64,000 bases of DNA from Brevibacterium sandarakinum (GTDB lineage Bacteria; Actinomycetota; Actinomycetes; Actinomycetales; Brevibacteriaceae): the NCBI RefSeq assembly GCF_030453725.1, contig NZ_JAKDJU010000002.1, forward strand, positions 324 to 64,323. The letters are read 5' to 3'. The number at the start of each line of letters is the position of its first letter. Positions within the stretch are counted from its first letter, which is position 1. The notes beneath the pieces were generated by a model. The model searched no databases. It saw nothing but the letters and a program-made list of their open reading frames with translations, and had not been told where the DNA came from. Positions 38,763 through 47,629 of this stretch are shown one piece after another. Position numbers and translations under genes: made by a program.

Positions 38763-39785
38763 ATGGAAACTCTCGCTGCGATCTGGTTCGTCCTCATCAT
38801 CGTGCTGTGGATGGGATACCTGTTCCTCGACGGCTTCGACCTCGGAGTCGGAATGCTCATGCCGGTGCTGAGTCGGACCGAACGGCAGAAACGAGTGCTG
38901 CTCAACACGATCGGACCGACATGGGACGGGAACGAGGTGTGGCTGATCACCGCAGCCGGTGCGACCTTCGCCGCCTTCCCGCACTGGTACGCCTCCCTGC
39001 TCAGCGCTCTCTACATCCCACTGACGCTGTGCCTGTTGGCATTGATCTTCCGGGCCGTCGCCATCGAATATCGCGGCAAGGGGCACAGTGCGGCGTGGAA
39101 GTCCTTCTGGACGTGGGCGATGGCCGTGGGCTCGACCGGCATCGCGTTCTTCATCGGTGCCCTGCTCGCCATCACCTCGACCGGACTGCCTCTCAACGAG
39201 CATGGTGACCTCGTCGGCGGAGCTTTCGCGTGGTTCGGCTGGCCCGCAGTCTTCGGTGGCCTGGGCGGGATCGGGTTCGCTCTCGTCCACGGACTGATCT
39301 TCCTGGGGCTGAAGACCCAGGGCGATATGCGGGAGAAGGCTCAGCTGTGGGCGCGGAGGCTGATGCTGCCCTGCTCGATCGGCTTCCTCGTCTGGTTCGG
39401 CCTCTCCATCACCGAATGCACGTGGCTCGTGGCAGTCGTCGTCGTTGCGGTGATCGCGCTCCTGGCGGCATACTTCGCCGTGCGTGCGGGCGCGGAGAAG
39501 GCGGCATTCGTCCTGCATGGCATCTACCTCGTCTCCGGGCTCTTCGCCGTGTTCGCCGGTGCCTACCCCAACGTGCTGCCGTCGACCCTGGATCCGGCGA
39601 ACTCGCTGACCATCGCCTCGGCGTCGTCATCGGACTACACCCTCACGGTGATGTTGGTCGTGACTGTGATCTGCCTGCCGATCATCATCGGCTACCAGAT
39701 CTTCAGCTATCGGATGTTCCTGGGCCGGATCGCGGAGACGCACATTCCCGAAGCGCATCGTGTTCCGGTGGCGATCCGGTCATGA
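38763..39785 (+). CDS. cydB: Cytochrome bd oxidase subunit II
   Basis: 340 aa. Motifs WFVLIIVLWMGYLFLDGFDLGVGML and GPTWDGNEVWLI. Confidence 0.95.
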   Translation: METLAAIWFVLIIVLWMGYLFLDGFDLGVGMLMPVLSRTERQKRVLLNTIGPTWDGNEVWLITAAGATFAAFPHWYASLLSALYIPLTLCLLALIFRAVAIEYRGKGHSAAWKSFWTWAMAVGSTGIAFFIGALLAITSTGLPLNEHGDLVGGAFAWFGWPAVFGGLGGIGFALVHGLIFLGLKTQGDMREKAQLWARRLMLPCSIGFLVWFGLSITECTWLVAVVVVAVIALLAAYFAVRAGAEKAAFVLHGIYLVSGLFAVFAGAYPNVLPSTLDPANSLTIASASSSDYTLTVMLVVTVICLPIIIGYQIFSYRMFLGRIAETHIPEAHRVPVAIRS

Positions 39786-42700
39786 GATCACCGCTTCAGA
39801 TCCTGTTCGACCTGCCGGGCGGCCAACGCGGATTCTTCCTCTCCCTGTTCAGCGCCCTGGCGCGCGCCGTCGGCATCGTGCTCATCGCCGAGGCCCTGGT
39901 GCGATCGATCGTCGGCACGGGCCCCGTTGCAGGTTGGGCGGTGCTGGGACTCCTCGGGGCTGCGCTGCGAGGAGCGAGTCTGTGGGCCGACCACAGTCTG
40001 GGGACCTCCCTGGCTGCCGTGAACAAGCAGAGGCTGAGATCCTCGATTCTCAGGTCCCTGCTCACCGGGCGCGGACAGCCGCGCATGAATACGGCAGTGA
40101 CCGTCACACGCGGCATCGACGACCTCGACGACTACTTCACGACCGTGGTGCCCGCACTGAGCGCGGCGGCAGTGGTCCCCGTGACGCTGCTTGTGCGCAT
40201 CGTGTTCACCGATGTCCTCTCAGCGGTCATCATCGCCCTGTGCCTGCCGCTGGTTCCGGTCTTCATGATCCTCATCGGTCGATTCACGAAGGACTCGACG
40301 GTCGCGAGCAGCACGGCGCTCGAGCGCCTGTCCGATCATCTGGCCGAGTTGGCCGAGGGGCTGCCCGTGCTCATCGGCCTCGGACGATCCAGAGATCACG
40401 CGCGTCGACTGCGAGCCCTGGGCGAAAAGTACCACAGCGCGAACTTGGCAACCCTGCGCATCGCATTCCTCTCCAGCCTTGCTCTCGAACTCATCGCCAC
40501 GATCTCTGTGGCTCTGGTCGCCGTTGTCATCGGCCTGCGACTCGTCTACGGGACCATGGATCTGAGCTCCGGCCTCTTCGTCCTGCTGCTGGCACCGGAG
40601 TGCTTCATCCCGCTGCGCGAACTCGGCTCCGGCTACCACGCCAGCGAGAACGGTCGCGAGGCACAGAATCGCGCACATGCGCTGATCGCCAGCACGGACA
40701 CTGCGGCGCAGGACGGGGCCGACCGCGATGACGCGGCCGGAGCCGGGCACCATGTGATCTACCCGAACCGGACGAGGATCGAGTGGACCGGTGATGTCCC
40801 GGTCACACCGGGCATCACCGCGGTCCGCGGCGCCTCGGGCGCAGGCAAATCCACAATCCTGGCGGCCCTGACCGGAAATCTCCCCGCCGGAGCCAGAACC
40901 ACAATGACCCCGCGTCGGGTCGCATTCGTGCCACAGGCTCCCCACATCTTCGGTGCGACGATCGGAGCCGAACTCGACGTCTACGGTCTCCCGCGCTCAC
41001 AACAGGGGGCGGCTCTGAGCAATGCCCGCCTGCCCGAGGACGTGAAGCTGTCGACGTCTGCTCTGAGTCCTGGCCAGCTTCGTCGGCTCGCCTTCGTCCG
41101 GGTGCTGCACCTGATAGAGGACGACGCCGAGGCGCTCGTGCTCGACGAACCGACCGCTCATCTCGATGATGAGAACGCGGAGATCATCATCGGCCTGATC
41201 GCCGAGGCGGCAGCACGCGTCCGTGTCATCCTGGCCAGCCATGATGACCGCGTCGCCGCACTCGCCGCCGAGGAGATCGTCCCACGGAAGTCCACTTCCT
41301 CTGTGAGTGCCGGGAGTGCTGATTCCGCCACGGGTGCCGATTCCCCCACGGGTGCCGATTCCGCCACGAGTGCCGCAGCGTCGGTGCAGACACGTGGGCA
41401 GGGCACCGAGTCGCAGAAACTTGGTCCGGCAGCGGGCGCCGATTCGGCGATGCCCGCCGACCCCGCCATGCCCGCCGACCCCGCCATGCCCACTCACTCG
41501 GCTGCGGGTAGCGGGCCACAGGTCGCGGACACGGTGGCCGAGGGCCGTGGCTCGTCAATGAAGCGGACGGCGTCGACTCTTCGCCGTCGGTGGACGCTCC
41601 TGCGCTCGAGCATGCCGCTGCTGACTCCGAACATGATCATCGCTCTGCTCTCGTCCTGCGCCTCGAGCCTGGCCGCGATCGCACTGACCGCAGTCTCGGC
41701 CTGGCTCATCGTCGAGGCCTCCTACCAGCCTCCCATCATGATTCTCATGGTCGCCATCGTCGGTGTGCGGTTCTTCGGGCTGAGCCGATCGGTCCTGCTC
41801 TATCTCAGCCGCCTCAAACTGCACTCGGCGATCTTCGCCTCGTTGGCCAGGCTGCGCTCTCGTCTCTGGGAGCACTTCGAGGCGGTCGGCATGGGGGACC
41901 GGAAGCTGCTGACCTCTGATGCAGCACTGCGCACCATGGTCTCCGATGCCGATGATGTGCGGGACCTGATTCCGCGGACCCTGTTCCCCCCGATCGCCTC
42001 GGCGCTGGTCTTCGTTGCTGTGCTCATCGCCACCTGGGCGCTCGACCCGACCTCGCTGCCGTTGTTCCTGGTCCTCGGCATTCTCAACCTGGTCCTGTTG
42101 CCGGTATTGGTCATCAGGAGTGAAAGCGGGCTTGCCGCCCGCGTCCGAACCGCCCGCAACCGGATACTGTCAGTCCTGGCACGCGCACTGAATGCCAAAA
42201 CGGACCTGCGAGCGAATCGTGCAGACAATGCGGTTCTCACGGTCCTCAGCCGCGAAGAGCGGGAACTGCAGTCGGCTCAGCGTCGTTCCTCACGCAACTT
42301 CGGGGCCGCTCAACTCTGGCTGCAGCTGAGCACGGTGGCCACAGCGGTGCTCATCGCGATGACCTCCTCGGCACCGACGGAAATTCTGGCCGTCGTCGTC
42401 CTCATGGCGCTGGGCTCGGCCGACGTGTTCTCACAGTCGCTGCTGGCATTCCGTGCGCTGCCCAGCCTCGGGGTCGTCCTCGACCGTCTTCCCGAGCTGT
42501 CACCCGCCCGGTCGGGCACCGCGGCCGAGCGCCGCACTCACGAGGACTCTGCTGCGGGCGCGTTCGAGGTGAGTGCGTTCACAGCGCTCGAGCTCGAAGG
42601 CATGAGTGTCGGGTGGGACGCCGGACCCGTCGTCGAGGATGTCGATCTGCGTGCTCAGAGAGGCCGGTGGACCGTTCTGCACGGTGACAGCGGCGCGGGC

Positions 42701-43255
42701 AAGTCGACGACGCTGAGTGTGCTGCTGCGTTTCCTCGACCCATGGTCAGGCTCCTACCGAGCCGAAGACGGTGGGGGCCGCGAAACGGATGTGCTCGGCT
42801 TGGCGCCGACGGAGCTTGCCGGACGAATCGCGTGGTGTCCGCAGGAGGCACATGTCTTCCGGTCGACTGTGAGGGGCAATCTGGCGATCGCGCGCAGCGA
42901 CACACCCACCACCGAGGAGATGTGTGCGGCACTGACCAGTGCGGGCTTGGGCGAATGGGCCGATCCGGCCGGCCTGGAGATCTGGGTCGGCGACCACGGA
43001 GCAGACATCTCCGGCGGACAGCGCCAGCGATTGGCCGTGGCCAGGACCCTCCTGAGCGGAGCGGACGTGATCGTACTCGATGAACCGACGGCACACCTCG
43101 ACGATGAGATGGCGCACGGGTTGGTGACCGACCTGCGGCGGAGCCTTGACTCACACACCGTTGTGATGGTCACTCATGATCGCAGTCTGATCGCTGACGG
43201 CGACCAGCTGGTCGAGCTGGGAAGTGAGCTCAGTCGCGCTTCGAGCCGAACATGA
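39782..43255 (+). CDS. cydDC: Fused thiol-reductant ABC exporter CydD-CydC (two TMD-NBD halves in one ORF)
   Basis: ATG at 39782 overlaps the cydB stop (ATGA). The first half has a TMD plus NBD (GASGAGKST, LSPGQLRRLAF, LVLDEPTAHLD). A repeat linker follows. The second half also has a TMD plus NBD (GDSGAGKSTT, ISGGQRQRLAVAR, IVLDEPTAHLD). There is no in-frame stop between the halves. Confidence 0.85.
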   Translation: MRSPLQILFDLPGGQRGFFLSLFSALARAVGIVLIAEALVRSIVGTGPVAGWAVLGLLGAALRGASLWADHSLGTSLAAVNKQRLRSSILRSLLTGRGQPRMNTAVTVTRGIDDLDDYFTTVVPALSAAAVVPVTLLVRIVFTDVLSAVIIALCLPLVPVFMILIGRFTKDSTVASSTALERLSDHLAELAEGLPVLIGLGRSRDHARRLRALGEKYHSANLATLRIAFLSSLALELIATISVALVAVVIGLRLVYGTMDLSSGLFVLLLAPECFIPLRELGSGYHASENGREAQNRAHALIASTDTAAQDGADRDDAAGAGHHVIYPNRTRIEWTGDVPVTPGITAVRGASGAGKSTILAALTGNLPAGARTTMTPRRVAFVPQAPHIFGATIGAELDVYGLPRSQQGAALSNARLPEDVKLSTSALSPGQLRRLAFVRVLHLIEDDAEALVLDEPTAHLDDENAEIIIGLIAEAAARVRVILASHDDRVAALAAEEIVPRKSTSSVSAGSADSATGADSPTGADSATSAAASVQTRGQGTESQKLGPAAGADSAMPADPAMPADPAMPTHSAAGSGPQVADTVAEGRGSSMKRTASTLRRRWTLLRSSMPLLTPNMIIALLSSCASSLAAIALTAVSAWLIVEASYQPPIMILMVAIVGVRFFGLSRSVLLYLSRLKLHSAIFASLARLRSRLWEHFEAVGMGDRKLLTSDAALRTMVSDADDVRDLIPRTLFPPIASALVFVAVLIATWALDPTSLPLFLVLGILNLVLLPVLVIRSESGLAARVRTARNRILSVLARALNAKTDLRANRADNAVLTVLSREERELQSAQRRSSRNFGAAQLWLQLSTVATAVLIAMTSSAPTEILAVVVLMALGSADVFSQSLLAFRALPSLGVVLDRLPELSPARSGTAAERRTHEDSAAGAFEVSAFTALELEGMSVGWDAGPVVEDVDLRAQRGRWTVLHGDSGAGKSTTLSVLLRFLDPWSGSYRAEDGGGRETDVLGLAPTELAGRIAWCPQEAHVFRSTVRGNLAIARSDTPTTEEMCAALTSAGLGEWADPAGLEIWVGDHGADISGGQRQRLAVARTLLSGADVIVLDEPTAHLDDEMAHGLVTDLRRSLDSHTVVMVTHDRSLIADGDQLVELGSELSRASSRT
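41315..41368 (+). repeat. Three tandem 18-nt units (AGTGCTGATTCCGCCACG / GGTGCCGATTCCCCCACG / GGTGCCGATTCCGCCACG) in the CydD-CydC linker
   Basis: Read directly from the sequence. Encodes SADSAT-GADSPT-GADSAT. Confidence 0.9.
41438..41491 (+). repeat. Three tandem 18-nt units (GCCGATTCGGCGATGCCC, then GCCGACCCCGCCATGCCC twice) in the CydD-CydC linker
   Basis: Read directly from the sequence. Encodes ADSAMP-ADPAMP-ADPAMP. Confidence 0.9.
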
Positions 43256-44327
43256 TCTCGTCCCAGCTGGGGATCGATGCGCGGCTGTTCTTCTTGGCCT
43301 TCGACTTCGACTCTGTGTCCTTGAGCTGAGTCGATTCCTCGCTGACACGAGATTCCTCTTCGCTGACACCAGGTTCATTGAGCAGGGAAAGCTGCTGGTC
43401 ATCGTCGAATCTGCCGACCTCCTGGGTCGGCTCCTGAGGCTCGTCCGGATCGACCCCTGATGAAGGATCTTCGAAGGCGAAGACCTCGTCATCGGTGGCA
43501 TCTGTCGGCCGTCCGGGCGCTGTGTGCGCGCCCTGCGGGTGAGTCTCCGGATCCTCCGTGACCGCACGGAGTCGACCACGCGGTTCATCTTCCTCGTCAT
43601 GGCGACGTCGTTTGCGCAGATTCTCCAGAATCCGTCCTGTCTCTGCCTGGTGATCACGGGCGGCAGGAGAAGGCTGCGCCGGAGTCGGAGGAGTTGAGGG
43701 CGTATCGATCTCCTCGGTGATCTTCTGACGTTCGGCACCGGTTCCGTAGTTCGGGATCGGTCCGGTGTCGGTCGGTCCCGAATCGGCCAGCCACTTCGCT
43801 TCGTCGTCGATGGGAGTCAGGGACCGGCGGTAGTAGTTCCACCCGGCCGTGCGGGTCCGATCAGCGGCGGTGAAGCTGAGCTGGATGTACCAGTTGCCGT
43901 CCTGCTGCTTCCACGCATCCCAATCCATCGTCTCGATGTCGACGTCGCGCATGGCCAGACGAGTCTGGCACAGTTCCATCAGAGGAGTGGGGTCGCCATT
44001 GGGGTCATGATCGGAATAGATCGGATGCTGACTGGCCCTGTAGGCCGTGTGCGCTCGTTCGGCGAGGGCCGGACGCTCATAGGTGCGGACCTGCTCGATA
44101 TCGGCACCCGTCGAGGAGATGACCTCCTCAGCGCTCATGCCGCCGCGGATCATCGCCTGGATGTCACGGGGACGAACGGGGGTGTCCGGCTTGGCCGTGG
44201 TGCGGTCCTTGCGGACAGCAGCGTAGAGAGCTTCGTCGAGAGCCAATCGATACTGCAGCCCGTTCTCGTCGTTCAGCAGCAGATGAGTGCCGTCGGCGTC
44301 GACTCCGTTCAAGATCAGTTCACGCAT
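43230..44327 (-). CDS. sepH: SepH-like septation protein (DUF3071)
   Basis: 365 aa. MRELILNGVDADGTHLLLNDENGLQYRLALDEALYAAVRKDR matches my memory of the DUF3071/SepH N-terminal domain. The C-terminus is disordered and acidic/basic. Its 3' end overlaps the cydDC 3' end by 26 nt. Confidence 0.7.
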   Translation of the reverse strand: MRELILNGVDADGTHLLLNDENGLQYRLALDEALYAAVRKDRTTAKPDTPVRPRDIQAMIRGGMSAEEVISSTGADIEQVRTYERPALAERAHTAYRASQHPIYSDHDPNGDPTPLMELCQTRLAMRDVDIETMDWDAWKQQDGNWYIQLSFTAADRTRTAGWNYYRRSLTPIDDEAKWLADSGPTDTGPIPNYGTGAERQKITEEIDTPSTPPTPAQPSPAARDHQAETGRILENLRKRRRHDEEDEPRGRLRAVTEDPETHPQGAHTAPGRPTDATDDEVFAFEDPSSGVDPDEPQEPTQEVGRFDDDQQLSLLNEPGVSEEESRVSEESTQLKDTESKSKAKKNSRASIPSWDEIMFGSKRD

Positions 44328-44447
44328 GCCTTAAGCTCCTTTATCGCGTCTCCTCTGCATCGTGTCACGTCCGGAGCCGCCCATAGGGCAGATTTGCGCG
44401 CGAGTCGCGAAATGGCAGACCTGATCGCTGAGCGGGTCTGACTCACT

Positions 44448-45602
44448 GTGCGGACAACCGGCGCAGACCCTCTACAGGCTGTAAAATGGGTAACTGTGAA
44501 TAACACTGCACCCATTGACACTCTCGTCCTCATGTCATTCGGGGGACCGGAGGCTCCAGAAGAAGTCGTCCCATTCCTCAAGAACGTCACCGCCGGTCGC
44601 GGCATACCGGAGGAGCGACTCGAAGAAGTCGGTGAGCACTACTACGGCTTCGGTGGGAAGTCGCCCATCAATGATCAGAACAAGGCGCTTCTGCAGGCTC
44701 TGCGCGACGAGCTCGAGCGTCGCGGAATCGACACCCCGGTGATCTGGGGTAACCGCAATTGGGAGCCGTACCTGACCGATGTGGTGCGCGCCGAGGCGCA
44801 GGCCGGCCGGACCCGGTTCCTGTCCATCGACACCTCGGCGTATTCGTCGTATTCCTCCTGTCGTCAGTATCGTGAGGACTTCGCCAAGACGATTGAGGAG
44901 CTGTCCGCCGAAGGCACGTCCGTCACGATCGACAAGATCCGGCAGTTCTACAATCACCCCGGCTATGCCGAGGCCTGCGCACTCCTCCTGCGAGAGGGCA
45001 TCGCCGACTTCACGAAGCAGGTCGGTGCCCTCGACACGGCGAAGCATCGCATCCTGTTCGTCACGCATTCGATCCCCAACGTCATGCAGGACGCCTCTGC
45101 GGTGACAACCGGTGGCTATCGCGCACAGCACGAAGAGCTCATGGCCCACCTCCTGGATAAATTGTCAGCATCCGAGACCCTTCCGGCAGAGCTGGTCTAC
45201 TGCTCCCGCTCGGGGTCGCCGGAGGTGCCGTGGCTCGAACCGGATGTCAACGATCGGATGACGGAGCTCGCCGAAGACGGAGTCGCCGGTGTGATCGTCG
45301 TTCCGATCGGATTCATCTCCGATCACATGGAGGTGGCCTTCGACCTCGATACCGAGGCGAAGGAGACCGCCGCCGAACTCGGCTTCGCCTTCACCCGTGT
45401 CGGGACCGTCGGTACGCACCCCCTGTTCGTGTCCGGGCTCGTCGACCTCGTCGAGGAGAGGACAGCACAGCTTCGCGGCGAGCAGACGTCTGCCCCGGTG
45501 ATTGCCGGTTCCACTGCGCTGACTCCCGGCAGCGGCGCGTGCAGCATCGACTGCTGCCGCGGACGCATCGAACGGACGACCGAGCCCAACTGGCCGGCCT
45601 GA
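44448..45602 (+). CDS. hemH: Ferrochelatase (coproporphyrin ferrochelatase CpfC/HemH type)
   Basis: 384 aa. Motifs LVLMSFGGP, GGKSPIND and VTHSIP, and a C-terminal Cys cluster (GACSIDCC) as in actinobacterial [2Fe-2S] ferrochelatases. The start is uncertain; a GTG at 44496 is also possible. Confidence 0.9.
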   Translation: MRTTGADPLQAVKWVTVNNTAPIDTLVLMSFGGPEAPEEVVPFLKNVTAGRGIPEERLEEVGEHYYGFGGKSPINDQNKALLQALRDELERRGIDTPVIWGNRNWEPYLTDVVRAEAQAGRTRFLSIDTSAYSSYSSCRQYREDFAKTIEELSAEGTSVTIDKIRQFYNHPGYAEACALLLREGIADFTKQVGALDTAKHRILFVTHSIPNVMQDASAVTTGGYRAQHEELMAHLLDKLSASETLPAELVYCSRSGSPEVPWLEPDVNDRMTELAEDGVAGVIVVPIGFISDHMEVAFDLDTEAKETAAELGFAFTRVGTVGTHPLFVSGLVDLVEERTAQLRGEQTSAPVIAGSTALTPGSGACSIDCCRGRIERTTEPNWPA

Positions 45603-45636
45603 GTGCCGCGCCGCTGAGCGATCTGCTCGAAACAGA

Positions 45637-45671
45637 AATCCCTCCTCTGCACGATCTGCAGAGGAGGGATT
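45637..45671. terminator. Bidirectional intrinsic terminator (15-bp perfect stem AATCCCTCCTCTGCA / TGCAGAGGAGGGATT)
   Basis: Lies between convergent hemH and the small minus-strand ORF. T-rich flanks on both strands (CTTCGTTCGG on plus, TTTCTGTTTCG on minus). Confidence 0.65.
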
Positions 45672-45694
45672 CTTCGTTCGGTCTTCCCGAAGAG

Positions 45695-45922
45695 TCAGGT
45701 TTCTTTCGGTTCGGGAACGACCGGTATCGCTCCGGTCTCTGCTGCGATGACCGCAACGATCGGACCGGTGTCCACATCATTGCGATCGGCAAGTTCCAAG
45801 AGGTTCTGCAGGTCATCTATGAGGGTCTCGACGAGGTAGTCGTCCCCTTCTGACCGTGCTTCATGAATGCGATGACGGACATCGTCGATCCTGGTATCGA
45901 GTTGATTTGCGAATTCACTCAT
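45695..45922 (-). CDS. Small acidic hypothetical protein (75 aa)
   Basis: MSEFANQLDTRIDDVRHRIHEARSEGDDYLVETLIDDLQNLLELADRND... with a GGAAGGA RBS about 8 nt upstream of the ATG. I recognise no family. Confidence 0.5.
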   Translation of the reverse strand: MSEFANQLDTRIDDVRHRIHEARSEGDDYLVETLIDDLQNLLELADRNDVDTGPIVAVIAAETGAIPVVPEPKET

Positions 45923-46199
45923 CGTGTATCCGTCCTTCCTCGGGGCGTCACCCATGCGCGGGACGATCCCAGTTTCATTCACCGACACAATGCTGTCGGC
46001 GTTATTCGACCTATGTATTCTCGCAGAGCTTTTCGAGAGTCGTATGTGTGAGCTGTCACGAGGCGATTCGTCAGTGACGAGAATCACCGTGAACATGGAC
46101 GATCTGATCTTGCCAACAGCAAGCATACAGTGCACAATGCTGGGGACACGTTTGGCGAGAGGGGTAGAAAATCCTCCTCAGCACCCCCGACAGAGAGCG

Positions 46200-46508
46200 A
46201 TGAGCCATATGGCAACCGATTACGACGCACCTCGTAAGCAAGACGATGAAATCAAAAGCGATTCGATTGAACAGCTGAAGGCTTCACGCTCGCAGGCGCA
46301 GGCCAGCAAGATTGACGAAGATGAGACCGCGGTTGCGGAAGGGTTCGAACTGCCCGGTGCGGACCTGTCGAACGAAGAGCTCTCCGTTCGGGTGCTGCCC
46401 AAGCAGAATGACGAGTTCACCTGCATGGAATGCTTCCTGGTGCGCCATCGCTCGCAGCTGGCGAGTGAAGAGGGTGGAGTCCCCATCTGCACGGACTGTG
46501 CTGGCTGA
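46200..46508 (+). CDS. DUF4193 family protein
   Basis: (MSH)MATDYDAPRK...EFTCMECFLVRHRSQL...PICTDCAG is the conserved DUF4193 pattern with a CxxC...CxxC pair. The start is 46200 or 46209. Confidence 0.8.
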   Translation: MSHMATDYDAPRKQDDEIKSDSIEQLKASRSQAQASKIDEDETAVAEGFELPGADLSNEELSVRVLPKQNDEFTCMECFLVRHRSQLASEEGGVPICTDCAG

Positions 46509-46530
46509 ATCGCCTGTCGGACGAAGCAAG

Positions 46531-46562
46531 AACGCGCCCTCGTCGGGGCGCGTTTCTGTGTC
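46531..46562 (+). terminator. Intrinsic terminator after the DUF4193 gene
   Basis: AACGCGCCC-TCGTCG-GGGCGCGTT followed by TCTGTGTCT. Confidence 0.65.
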
Positions 46563-46629
46563 TCGGCTGAGTCGAGCGTCTGCGTGTCAGCGTGCCGGCG
46601 TGTCAGGCCGATTGTTCAGGGTGTGTGCC

Positions 46630-47085
46630 TCAGGGTGTGAGCGCGGCGGCGAATTCCATCGGTCGCTTGCTCGAGACCAGCCAATAAGGGGTCGGGTCGG
46701 TCTCGTCATGGATGTCGATGCGCGCCGCACATTTGGCCCAGGGCCGGAGCATGAGGAAGGCCCGCGCGTCGAGATCCGGTCCGCGGGCCGTCCGCGCACC
46801 CTCGGCGTCGTAGCCGGTGGCGTCGGTGACATAGCGGCGATCGATATGTGCATCGCCGACGAAAAGCTGCCGCTCGGTGACGATGATGGAGATCCCGAGC
46901 GAACGCAGCCACCAGGCCAAGAGGATGAAGCTGATCACCGGAAGGATGACGGCGCCGATCTTCCACACTGGGAAGACCATGAGCGCGGTCGAGGCCGCGG
47001 CGATCGCGATGAGAATCCACATGCCGACGGATGGGCGAAGTTTCTCCGTGTACACCACGCGGGTATCGGGTTGAGTCGTTGCCAT
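46630..47085 (-). CDS. DUF3093 family membrane protein
   Basis: 151 aa with two TM helices near the N-terminus. It is divergent from dut, as in the mycobacterial neighbourhood I recall. Confidence 0.7.
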   Translation of the reverse strand: MATTQPDTRVVYTEKLRPSVGMWILIAIAAASTALMVFPVWKIGAVILPVISFILLAWWLRSLGISIIVTERQLFVGDAHIDRRYVTDATGYDAEGARTARGPDLDARAFLMLRPWAKCAARIDIHDETDPTPYWLVSSKRPMEFAAALTP

Positions 47086-47149
47086 GGGCCCATTCTCCCA
47101 TAACGGACTTTTTGGAAGCGCTCAGGCTTCGGCGTTAGAGTGCTTCTTT

Positions 47150-47623
47150 GTGGCAGATATCCTGAAGATTGACCTCAGACGCCTCGACACAGGCATGACT
47201 CCTCCCTCGTACGCACATGCGTCGGACGCGGGCGCCGACCTGTGCTCGGCGATCGACTTCGTCCTCGAACCGTTCGAGCGGAAGGTCGTGCCCACCGGCA
47301 TCGCGATCGCGCTGCCGATCGGCACCGCAGGGTTCGTCCACCCACGCTCGGGCCTTTCGAGCAGACACGGTGTGACCGTGATCAATGCCCCGGGCACGAT
47401 CGACGCCGGCTATCGAGGCGAGATCAAGGTGCCGCTGATCAACCTCGATGCGCGGATCCCTGTGCGCATATCGCGTGGGGACCGCATCGCCCAGCTCGTC
47501 ATCCAAGAAATCAAACAAGCAGACTTCACCCTCGTCGAGTCGCTGGACGACAGCGATCGTGGCGCAGGGGGCTTCGGCTCCACTGGTGGGGTACAAGCAG
47601 GTCTGACCGAAAAAGAGGTGTGA
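47150..47623 (+). CDS. dut: dUTP diphosphatase
   Basis: Motifs SDAGADL, RSGLSSRHGV, GTIDAGYRGEI and GDRIAQLV, plus C-terminal RGAGGFGSTG. I chose the GTG at 47150 so that the first beta strand (LKIDLRRLD) is included. Confidence 0.93.
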   Translation: MADILKIDLRRLDTGMTPPSYAHASDAGADLCSAIDFVLEPFERKVVPTGIAIALPIGTAGFVHPRSGLSSRHGVTVINAPGTIDAGYRGEIKVPLINLDARIPVRISRGDRIAQLVIQEIKQADFTLVESLDDSDRGAGGFGSTGGVQAGLTEKEV

Positions 47624-47629
47624 ACGACC

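Noticed and set aside
39230-39781. N-terminal 184-codon extension of the giant ORF 39230-43255, which would overlap most of the 3' half of cydB.
   Set aside because: The extension is Arg/Pro/Gly-rich and out of frame within cydB. The ATG at 39782 overlaps the cydB stop (ATGA coupling) and is followed immediately by CydD-like sequence.
43230-43255. A 26-nt overlap of the convergent cydDC and sepH 3' ends, as a possible antisense regulatory arrangement.
   Set aside because: Short convergent overlaps are common in compact GC-rich genomes. No hairpin or other signal is present, and the overlap could vanish if either C-terminus is mis-called.
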